Source of the DNA: a virus
Lineage: Duplodnaviria > Caudoviricetes
IMG/VR virus record: IMGVR_UViG_3300027672_001796
Reading direction: 5' to 3' (one strand)
Length of the DNA: 64,000 nt
Shown: one piece after another, positions 28,841 to 37,203 of the stretch
Layout of the letters: every line of letters starts with the position of its first letter
How positions within the stretch are numbered: position 1 is the stretch's first letter
Translations under genes and position numbers: made by a program
The notes under the pieces: generated by a model
The model's database searches: none
What the model was told of the DNA's origin: nothing
The model's input: only the letters and a program-made list of their open reading frames with translations

Positions 28841-30292
28841 ATGAAGATAAGAATCTTATCAGCATTAGCCTTGATTGGGTTAATGACGACAACTGGTACA
28901 GTACAGGCCCAGGCCACCGGCACATGTACAGCAGGTACCCAGTATTGTGAAGCAAGTACATCGGATACTACAAGTACAACCACAACTACTGCGAATAATA
29001 CGAATACTTCGACGAACACGAATACTTCGACGAACACGAATACCAACGCGAATACGAACACGAATACCAACGCGAACACAAACACGAATACTTCGACGAA
29101 TACGAATAATTCGACGAATACGAATAATTCGACAAATACAAACACCAACGCGAATACGAACACGAACACCAACGCGAATACGAACACCAACACGAACACC
29201 AACGCGAATACGAACACGAACACGAATACCAATACCAACAATAATACCAACAATAATACCAACGCGAATACGAACACGAATAATTCGACCAATACTAACA
29301 ATTCGACCAACAGCAACACCAATAATAATACGTCGACAAATAATAACACCAACGCGAACACGAACACGAATAATAATACATCGACTAGTACCAACAACAA
29401 TGTGTCGAGTGGTGGAACAAATAACACCAATGCTAATACGAATAATAATACCAACACCAACAATAGCACTTCGAACAATACCAACACCAATAATAACACT
29501 AGTGATAGCACGGTAAACAGTACTTCGAATAACACTAATACGAACAATAGTAATATTGATCAGAACGTGAATTCAAATAGTACTAGTAACAATACCAACA
29601 CCAATAATAACAATAACAACTCGACCAGTGATAATACTAATAACAATAATAATACATCGACTAGTGACAGTAATGTAACAACTGACAACACGTCAGAAAG
29701 TAACAATACCAACACCAATAATAATACTAATAAAAACGAAAACATCAACAAGACTGACCAGACTATTAAGCAAGAGATAACAACTAAGGCTCCACCTGCT
29801 AGTGCTATTGCACCAAGCATTGGTTCTAGTTACTCACAAGACTTATGTACAACTGGTATATCAGGTGCTTTCCAAGGACAAGTATTTGGACTAAGTGGCG
29901 GTAAATCAGTTAGAGATATGAACTGTGAACGTATAAAGTTAAGTAAAACTATATACGATATGGGCATGAAGGTTGCGGCAGTTAGTTTAATGTGTCAAGA
30001 CGAACGTGTATTTACAGCGATGGAAATGGCTGGAACACCTTGTCCTTACATGGGAGCAATTGGCGATGCGGCTACTAAGCAATGGGCAGAGAATAGCGAT
30101 GAACGAGCAGATGCTAAACGTGGATGGTTCGGCAGAAAGAAAAACACAAGGTCATCGGCTAAAGTAGACTCGAATGTACTTAACACAGGCGAAGACTTTG
30201 ATAAGTTCATGAAAAAATGTCGTAAGAAAACAGGCAAAGGCAAGAAGAAAAGTTCGGGCCAATGTGAGGCAGAATGGGAATCAAACGCTTAA
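28841..30292 (+). CDS. secreted Asn/Thr-repeat protein with Cys-containing C-terminal domain
   Basis: Signal peptide (..VQAQA), TCTAGTQYC, about 245 aa of (NT)n, then PPASAIAPSIG...DLC...MNCERIKLS...LMCQDERVF...GTPCP and a basic tail; late promoter at 28744-28751; SD AAGGAG. Confidence 0.85.
   Translation: MKIRILSALALIGLMTTTGTVQAQATGTCTAGTQYCEASTSDTTSTTTTTANNTNTSTNTNTSTNTNTNANTNTNTNANTNTNTSTNTNNSTNTNNSTNTNTNANTNTNTNANTNTNTNTNANTNTNTNTNTNNNTNNNTNANTNTNNSTNTNNSTNSNTNNNTSTNNNTNANTNTNNNTSTSTNNNVSSGGTNNTNANTNNNTNTNNSTSNNTNTNNNTSDSTVNSTSNNTNTNNSNIDQNVNSNSTSNNTNTNNNNNNSTSDNTNNNNNTSTSDSNVTTDNTSESNNTNTNNNTNKNENINKTDQTIKQEITTKAPPASAIAPSIGSSYSQDLCTTGISGAFQGQVFGLSGGKSVRDMNCERIKLSKTIYDMGMKVAAVSLMCQDERVFTAMEMAGTPCPYMGAIGDAATKQWAENSDERADAKRGWFGRKKNTRSSAKVDSNVLNTGEDFDKFMKKCRKKTGKGKKKSSGQCEAEWESNA
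28994..29733 (+). repeat. low-complexity Asn/Thr coding repeat
   Basis: Units such as ACGAATACTTCGACGAAC and ACCAACGCGAATACGAACACGAAT encode NTNTST / NTNTNA / NTNNST. Confidence 0.95.
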
Positions 30293-33200
30293 TAACAGCA
30301 CTTGCTGTAGGCGTACTAACTTTATTTCCTACAGTATCTGAAGCCGACGGAGGATACACGACTGATAATACTGGCTATCCTTTAGTAAATCTTGTTGGCG
30401 ACTATTATCAGGGTGGCAACAGCAACGGTTCAATACTATGTCAAGGCGCCGCAGATGAAACAGGTTGTAATATAGCATTTGCTATTGGCTTTGATTTTGA
30501 CTGGCATGGCGAAACATTCACTCACGGCTTAATGAGTACTAATGGTTGTTTAAAACTGTTGAAGTCAAGTGCGTTTAGCAGTAGTGATTACTGTAGTTAT
30601 GATGTAAAGCATCTAAGTGCCTCTTCAGGAATGAACGATACACTATTCCCTTTCTGGAGTGACTTAGACTTAGGCACAATATACGATACCCAAGCACCGG
30701 TTAATAGCACAATGCTCTTTAATAACTCGGGCAACTTTGCTACATTTGGCTGGTACTATATGCGTGAGTATGGCGTAACAGCAGATACGGATAAATTTGA
30801 TCCAATGTATCCAAACGCACATAATACGTTTGAGGTGGTGCTTTTAAATCAAAACTGTACAGATTGCCCAGGCAACACAGATGACGAAAACGATGACTAT
30901 GCTTACATATACGGTAACTTAGAAATTAGTCACAGTAATGTTTTAATTGGAGAAAAGAAAAACTCGAACTCCTTTACTGAAGCATACTTTTTTAGTGATA
31001 ATAGTTGGTGTGCAGATTGTATAAACCCAAATGACGGCACTCAAGGACGACACCTTTTTATATGGGACGACTATGACCAAGGAAACGTAGAAGGCGGAGC
31101 AATATACAAAGACGGTAATGGCGTACAGCCTGCAGAGTGTGAGAATAATCCTCTTTTTAGCACATCATGTAGTTTATATAGTATAAGTTTCTTAGCACAA
31201 CAATGCCTCTCCGATAGTTCATATAGTCCAGACTGTGACGGATACTTTGGTGACTTAGAAGACACATATTTAGAAGAAAATGCATGTTACGAAGATCCGA
31301 GCTTACCACAATGTGCCGGATTAGGTATTTTTGAAACTTTCAGTGATTATGATTATGCTACAGGAGAAGCGTATGACTTTAATTATAACCCACAAGAATT
31401 TGGCAACATGGACGGCTATGATCCTAACACAGGATTAGTTACGCAAAGTGATGGTTCGACAATTAGTATAGATGGCTCTTATTATTCCGATGGATATGAT
31501 CCTAATGTGGATTATGATAGCATGAATAATACGTCCGGCGATAACTTTTATTTGAATGAAGATGGCATATATGTTCCTGACCAATACGACCCAATGCAAG
31601 ATGACGATATAAAGTTTGAATATTTAAGTGAAGAACAACAGATGTTAGTTGGTCAAGGTTTAAGTATGCAGGAAGCCACACTAATTACAATGGGCCAAGG
31701 TGACCTACTAGCATTAGGACATGATCCTAACATACAATTTCAAGGTAACAACCCAGGCGACTTAGTTTATGAAATTATAGGACAAGACGATTACAACTAT
31801 GAAATGCATGACGAGTTTATGTTGAATGAAGCAGAAGAAAACGGCTGGGTAGATGGATATACAAGCAGTGATATATGGAGTACAGAAGAATACCAGCAAC
31901 AAGAAGATATGTGGGAAGCAGAGTTTGAAGCAGAGTTTGGACCAGACGCATACAGCTGGACATCAAAAGATTGGTATGAATACGATCTAAAAGAATTTGG
32001 ACAAGATCAAGTAGATGAGTGGTACGGCAAAGAAGTAGTATTTGACGAGAGTGGAGAGATGGATTGGGAATCATTTGACATGCTAATGGATGAAGAATAC
32101 GCTTATGAAGTGTATGAAGTTTATTCAGACGAAGAAGAACTGATGTACGAAGAAATGATAGCAAAGGATTTTGAAAAATGTCCTACATGTGAGCTTGAAG
32201 AATTTTTTGACTTATCGGAAGATGAACTAATAGCATTTGAAAACGAAAGAATGTATGAGGAAGAGGCATACTTTGACCTTGATCCAGAAGAGGCATTCGA
32301 AGCCTTTATCAAAGAAGAAGGATTGGAGGACATATTAAGTGCAGACGAATTAGACGACTTTAGAAATGAAGTGTATGCTGACATAGAACTGCATGAAGAA
32401 CAGCATGAAGAACAATTTCAAGAAGGCCCAGGCGATTATCAAGTAGCAGAATCTACTACACCCAAGGCACAAGAACAACGACAAGAACAACGACAAGAAC
32501 AACAAAAAACAGACACCCAGTTTCTTAGTAATGCTGGTTCAGGTGTAATGAGTGTTAGTGTAGCACAATTTAATTTAGACTTTAACAGTAGCGACGGTGG
32601 TAGTACACAGGAAGTTGTTGAAGAACTTATTGCTGATATTATTGATGACGGCTCAGGTAGTATTGATGACGGCTCAGGTAGTTTCGACGATGGATCAGGC
32701 AGTAGCAATAGCAGTGGTAATGACGGCAGTGGTAGTTATGCTCAAAGCAATGACGGTTCAAGCCAGTCACAAAATTCAAATGGTAGCCAGGACAGCGGAC
32801 AAGGAATGTTAGCACAAGAAGATACAAGTGGTGATAGTTTCTTCCAAGAACAAATAGAGCAAAGCATGGGACAAGAAAGTTTCAGTGCTACAACAAGTGT
32901 AACAGAATCATTTGATACTGGTGCATTTACAGTTGCTGAAAGTTCAGCTGATGCCCAAACAGTACAACAAGAAGAAACACTACAGTTTGTAGAAAACTTC
33001 GATGACGGTACAAGTGGCATAAGTGGAGCAGACATACAGTTTGAAGATGAACTAACCACAGCATTAAGTAGTGGCACAGGCTTAACAGAATTCCTAAGCC
33101 AAGCACCGGCAGATTACAGTAGGTTTGAAGTTGAAGCACCTACGTTCCAAGAGCAACGACAATCAGACGCAGTAGAAAGTTTAGCAGATACAATGGGAGC

Positions 33201-33498
33201 AACAGTTGCCGCCGCAAACTTACAAGCAGAATTAGACACAATACAAGCAGGTAATGAGGACTCCAATGAATATGGCGACCAAACTATTGCTGTTGCTTAT
33301 ATTGGTTATACAGCAGGCTTTAGTGAGTACACTAGCCAAATACAATTAGCAGACCAACAAGCATGGTATGGTAGTTCGCAAGTGTACAAAGGACAAAAGA
33401 ATGTTGATAACGTACAGAGTTTTTACATGATGGCTGGAAATACTCAAGAGAAACTAAAAGAAATGATATACAGCCAATATAAATTAAAAGAAAAATAG
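30274..33498 (+). CDS. large secreted protein: NIDO-like domain, Cys mini-repeats, very acidic and Ser/Gly/Gln-rich stalk
   Basis: Signal peptide; GFDFDWHGETFTHGLMSTNG and LFPFWSDLD (NIDO-like); CENNPLFSTSC, CLSDSSYSPDC, CYEDPSLPQC; DNA tandem repeats at 32470-32505 (QEQR) and 32641-32703 (IDDGSGS). Confidence 0.7.
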   Translation: MGIKRLITALAVGVLTLFPTVSEADGGYTTDNTGYPLVNLVGDYYQGGNSNGSILCQGAADETGCNIAFAIGFDFDWHGETFTHGLMSTNGCLKLLKSSAFSSSDYCSYDVKHLSASSGMNDTLFPFWSDLDLGTIYDTQAPVNSTMLFNNSGNFATFGWYYMREYGVTADTDKFDPMYPNAHNTFEVVLLNQNCTDCPGNTDDENDDYAYIYGNLEISHSNVLIGEKKNSNSFTEAYFFSDNSWCADCINPNDGTQGRHLFIWDDYDQGNVEGGAIYKDGNGVQPAECENNPLFSTSCSLYSISFLAQQCLSDSSYSPDCDGYFGDLEDTYLEENACYEDPSLPQCAGLGIFETFSDYDYATGEAYDFNYNPQEFGNMDGYDPNTGLVTQSDGSTISIDGSYYSDGYDPNVDYDSMNNTSGDNFYLNEDGIYVPDQYDPMQDDDIKFEYLSEEQQMLVGQGLSMQEATLITMGQGDLLALGHDPNIQFQGNNPGDLVYEIIGQDDYNYEMHDEFMLNEAEENGWVDGYTSSDIWSTEEYQQQEDMWEAEFEAEFGPDAYSWTSKDWYEYDLKEFGQDQVDEWYGKEVVFDESGEMDWESFDMLMDEEYAYEVYEVYSDEEELMYEEMIAKDFEKCPTCELEEFFDLSEDELIAFENERMYEEEAYFDLDPEEAFEAFIKEEGLEDILSADELDDFRNEVYADIELHEEQHEEQFQEGPGDYQVAESTTPKAQEQRQEQRQEQQKTDTQFLSNAGSGVMSVSVAQFNLDFNSSDGGSTQEVVEELIADIIDDGSGSIDDGSGSFDDGSGSSNSSGNDGSGSYAQSNDGSSQSQNSNGSQDSGQGMLAQEDTSGDSFFQEQIEQSMGQESFSATTSVTESFDTGAFTVAESSADAQTVQQEETLQFVENFDDGTSGISGADIQFEDELTTALSSGTGLTEFLSQAPADYSRFEVEAPTFQEQRQSDAVESLADTMGATVAAANLQAELDTIQAGNEDSNEYGDQTIAVAYIGYTAGFSEYTSQIQLADQQAWYGSSQVYKGQKNVDNVQSFYMMAGNTQEKLKEMIYSQYKLKEK

Positions 33499-33508
33499 GA
33501 GAAATAAA

Positions 33509-33961
33509 ATGGCAGAAGTAGAATATGCAGGTGTAAAAATGAGTGGTTCAAAACTTATGATTATGCTTCCTTTACTTGGTACTATAATCGGTGGACTATG
33601 GGGAGGCTTTGAACTCTACAGTAGACTACTTGAAGCAGAAGAAACATTAGCAAACTTACAACCAGAAGCAATTCAGACTGAACTAGTAAGACTAACTGAA
33701 CTTACTGAAGTTATTAAAACGGATTTGAGAGCAGATATTAATTCAGCTAGAGACGAAGTTAAAGTAGCAATGGACTTATCAAGGGAAACTGAAAAAACAT
33801 CAGCTGACACACAAAGAGAAATTAGAAATGATGTGTATGCTATGGAACGTGATATGAATACACGTTTTAAAGAGATGGATGCAGAAACTAGAGAGTTAAG
33901 AAAAGAGCTGGAAGACAAGATAATGACTATACTTGAAAATCCACTCAACGACACTGAATAA
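33509..33961 (+). CDS. single-pass membrane protein with long coiled coil
   Basis: TM segment LMIMLPLLGTIIGGLWGGF followed by about 110 aa of heptad-patterned helix; SD AGGAG. Confidence 0.75.
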   Translation: MAEVEYAGVKMSGSKLMIMLPLLGTIIGGLWGGFELYSRLLEAEETLANLQPEAIQTELVRLTELTEVIKTDLRADINSARDEVKVAMDLSRETEKTSADTQREIRNDVYAMERDMNTRFKEMDAETRELRKELEDKIMTILENPLNDTE

Positions 33962-33976
33962 CAGCTAAATACTGTT

Positions 33977-36073
33977 ATGAAATTTTTATATAGTGGTTAT
34001 GCAGTATTGATATCTATTGTGTTGCTACTTGCATTGCGAGTAGCAGATCCAACGGCACTACAGAGTGTTAGAGGGCAAACATTTGATGCATATCAACAGT
34101 TAGATGAAATTAAGCAAAGCCAGGATGTTGTACTATTAAACATCGGGGAAAAAAGTTTAGCAGTTAATGGTCAATACCCTTGGCCCAGACAATACTATGC
34201 ACAACTGGTGATAGATGTTGCAGGAGCCGGAGGCGGTGTGCTAGGCTGGACTATTATGTTTCCTGAAGCAGATAGATTCGCCGGAGATGAAATATTTGCT
34301 AATTACTTGATGGAAAATAAAGTTAATGTGCAAGGAGCAAGACGTAATCCTATTAACTTTAATGTATTAAGTCAAGCAACTAGTACAAGAGGCATTAAAA
34401 CATCAGGCCCACATATAGGAACAGGCACAATCGGTCCTGTGCCAGCAAAAAATTATTTACTAAAGTGGCCCAACTTAGTTACAAACATTCCGCTACTAGA
34501 AGCAGTAGCAAACGGCAAAGGCGTAACAGCGTCAGCGCCACAGCCAGATAATCAAACACGAACATACCCATTAGCAATTACAGTTGGCGATAGACTGTAT
34601 CCTAGTTTTGCTATTGAAATGCTAAGGGTAAGTAAAGGTCAAAAAAGTTATATAGTTAAAACTAGCGAATTAGGAATACAAGAAGTTACAGTTAAAGGAT
34701 ACGATCCAATTGTAACACAGTCAGACGGCACAGCATACATTCGCTTTAATAATACATTCGAGGAAATTGAATACTTAGGAGCCGAAACTCTGACCCATCT
34801 TGCAGGCAAAATGGTTATAGTAGGTGTTACAGCAGAAGGTATTGCAAATCCTGTGCCTACACCAAGAGGCAACTTGTATCCACAGCAAATACACGCTCAT
34901 ATGCTACAAAACTTTATAGATAGCAGTAACATTACCAGGAACGAGTTAAGTGCTGTGTACGAGCTTCTGTGTGCGTTACTGGGCATGATATTAATAGGTC
35001 TAGCAATATATAAATCGCACATTTGGGTAGGTTTAGTGACCACAGTTACTATTATAGGCGGAATTGTATATTATAGTATATATTCTTATACTGCAAACTT
35101 AGTATTATTTGATGCTACTTTTCCAGCAATAGCAAGTTTCTTAATATTTACACAGGCAAGTTTTAATAACTTCTGGATACAATTTAAACTAAGAGCTGAG
35201 ATACAAAAACAATTTGCCGGTTACGCCTCTCCTACAGTGGTTCGTATGTTGCAAGAAAACCCAGAACTAATTAAGCAGGGTATGAAGAAGGAAGTAAGTA
35301 TATGCTTCTCAGATTTACGTGGATTTACCCCATTAGGCGAGAGCTTTGGCGATGATGTTAAAGGGTTAACAGAAATAATGAACGGGTATATGGATGCAAT
35401 TACACAACCTATACTAGATGCAAACGGCATGGTGATTAAATATATCGGTGATGCCAGTATGCATATACATAATGCTCCAATGGATGATCCAGACCACCCT
35501 AAGAGTGCGGTGGAAACAGGCATATTAATGCTCAGGGCAGTAGAGAAATTCAATGATAAAATTGTTAAAGAAGGCAGACCACCCATTGGTATGGGTGCTG
35601 GTATTAATACTGGGCTCGGTTATATTGGGGAAATGGGCTCCACTGCCAGGCACAGTTACGACATACTCGGAGATGCAGTTAGTACCGCGGCAAGAATAGA
35701 AAGCAAATGTAAAGAGTACGGATGTTTACTCCTTGTGGGCGGTGATACATATAAACATACTAAGAATAATTTCTTTTATTTAAAAGTAGATGACTTGCAA
35801 GTAAAAGGTAAAAGCGTTGGCATAGAAATATATACTGCATTAGATATTAAGCTAACTAAGTATGTTAAAGGCAAACAACTACATGCACAAATGCATGAAC
35901 ATTATCGCAATCAAGATTTTGATAAAGCAATTAAATTATGTAAGCAATTATCTAAAACGTTTGACGGCAAAATGAAAGGCTACTATACTATGTGGATTGA
36001 ACGCTGTGAATTTCAAAAGACACAAGACTTGCCTAAGGATTGGAACGGAATTATGATAGCCACAGGCAAATAA
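33977..36073 (+). CDS. CHASE2-domain class III adenylate cyclase
   Basis: N-terminal TM, CHASE2 motifs (YPWPRQYYAQL, IMFPEADRFAGD, YPSFAIEML, IVGVTAEG, PTPRG), three TMs, then FSDLRGFT, IKYIGDA, GAGINTG, YDILGDAVSTAARIES. Confidence 0.9.
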   Translation: MKFLYSGYAVLISIVLLLALRVADPTALQSVRGQTFDAYQQLDEIKQSQDVVLLNIGEKSLAVNGQYPWPRQYYAQLVIDVAGAGGGVLGWTIMFPEADRFAGDEIFANYLMENKVNVQGARRNPINFNVLSQATSTRGIKTSGPHIGTGTIGPVPAKNYLLKWPNLVTNIPLLEAVANGKGVTASAPQPDNQTRTYPLAITVGDRLYPSFAIEMLRVSKGQKSYIVKTSELGIQEVTVKGYDPIVTQSDGTAYIRFNNTFEEIEYLGAETLTHLAGKMVIVGVTAEGIANPVPTPRGNLYPQQIHAHMLQNFIDSSNITRNELSAVYELLCALLGMILIGLAIYKSHIWVGLVTTVTIIGGIVYYSIYSYTANLVLFDATFPAIASFLIFTQASFNNFWIQFKLRAEIQKQFAGYASPTVVRMLQENPELIKQGMKKEVSICFSDLRGFTPLGESFGDDVKGLTEIMNGYMDAITQPILDANGMVIKYIGDASMHIHNAPMDDPDHPKSAVETGILMLRAVEKFNDKIVKEGRPPIGMGAGINTGLGYIGEMGSTARHSYDILGDAVSTAARIESKCKEYGCLLLVGGDTYKHTKNNFFYLKVDDLQVKGKSVGIEIYTALDIKLTKYVKGKQLHAQMHEHYRNQDFDKAIKLCKQLSKTFDGKMKGYYTMWIERCEFQKTQDLPKDWNGIMIATGK

Positions 36074-36700
36074 TTATTCGTCCGGAGTCCAGTTTCTAAA
36101 TTCCGTAAATAATTTTGCATACTCAAGTAAGTCTGTGCGTAACGTTTGCAAATGTTTTAATTCAAACGGAATATTTAATCCGGCAGTAATATAAGCAGGA
36201 TGATAAAAATTTAAAATTATATCTACACGTTCTCTGTCTTTAATTATATCTTGTATTACTCTATGATAAAAGTTTGGATCTGTTATTAAATCAGACAGCC
36301 ATTGGTGATGACTACTTGAAGCATTACCCACATACGCCATTTCTCGAACATCAAATGTTAACGCTCTTATAGGATTGATGTTATGTCGATACTTATTCAT
36401 CACCGGTGGATAGTACCATCGTTGATCTCGAGTAGTCTGAGTAGATAGAAACGCTTTATACTCGTTTACTAAACTTTTATACAAACCTTCACTACTAGAT
36501 TGAACAGATACTTTATACTGCTCGATTAAGTTATCAGCTATATTTTGGTGATAACTCTCTAACTCATCGTAAATCTTTAGTAAATGGGGTATTGTCCACG
36601 TACCGTTAAAAAACGATGTAGGTATAGATTTGTGTTTGTGGTATTTGTTCAGCTCGGTGGTCAGTCTAACTACATCAAAATTTATAATATCTTTTGACAT
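36074..36700 (-). CDS. hypothetical protein
   Basis: ORF-track frame; likely true start is ATG 36700, 5 nt after the late-promoter variant GATAAGTA. Confidence 0.65.
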   Translation of the reverse strand: MSKDIINFDVVRLTTELNKYHKHKSIPTSFFNGTWTIPHLLKIYDELESYHQNIADNLIEQYKVSVQSSSEGLYKSLVNEYKAFLSTQTTRDQRWYYPPVMNKYRHNINPIRALTFDVREMAYVGNASSSHHQWLSDLITDPNFYHRVIQDIIKDRERVDIILNFYHPAYITAGLNIPFELKHLQTLRTDLLEYAKLFTEFRNWTPDE

Positions 36701-36711
36701 ACTAGTACTTA

Positions 36712-37203
36712 TCACATATTGATTTTTAGGATGGTATGTAGTTTATCTGTGCCTTTATTTCTGCCAAGTGTAGACCTTGCACCGTCATGTAACGGCTTGG
36801 GCCACTTGCCGATATCAACCCAGGCATACCCGGCACTTTCATCGTTTAACGTAGGAATAAACTCACTCGGCACAACAGCAACGAAACTGTAATACATAAA
36901 GTTTTTGTTTCTACTTTGATAAACATCTATAGGATTTAATTTTTGTAGTTCTGGAACGAACCCAATTTCTTCTTCTAATTCACGTTGTATACATTCAAAT
37001 GGAGTCTCACCATTATCAATCATGCCACCCCAAAAACCCCAAGTATTCTTATGACGCTTATCACTATTCCTTAATTGGAATAAGCATCGTCCAGTGTCTT
37101 TAGCAAGAAACAAAACTCCTGCTCCAGCAATCCCTTCGAATGTTTTTACAGGTTCAGTTTCCAATATCCTGGGTTGTACTGACCTTCGTGTGTGCTTGTC
37201 CAT
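36712..37203 (-). CDS. NUDIX hydrolase
   Basis: Nudix box GMIDNGETPFECIQRELEEEIG; AGYAW and PKPLH motifs. Start position uncertain because it overlaps gp15. Confidence 0.9.
   Translation of the reverse strand: MDKHTRRSVQPRILETEPVKTFEGIAGAGVLFLAKDTGRCLFQLRNSDKRHKNTWGFWGGMIDNGETPFECIQRELEEEIGFVPELQKLNPIDVYQSRNKNFMYYSFVAVVPSEFIPTLNDESAGYAWVDIGKWPKPLHDGARSTLGRNKGTDKLHTILKINM

Noticed and set aside
28774-29547. 257-aa hydrophobic minus-strand ORF (VFVFAL repeats) and the alternative-frame Arg/Ile/Thr ORF 28947-29516
   Set aside because: Both are shadows of the Asn/Thr codon repeat, which lacks stop triplets in those frames. Neither has its own SD or promoter, while the main frame has a signal peptide and a conserved-looking C-terminal domain.
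28259-33961. Lipoprotein plus TM coiled-coil protein as an o-spanin/i-spanin pair
   Set aside because: The genes are 5 kb apart rather than nested or adjacent, the lipoprotein is not Pro-rich, and no endolysin is recognisable nearby. It cannot be fully excluded.
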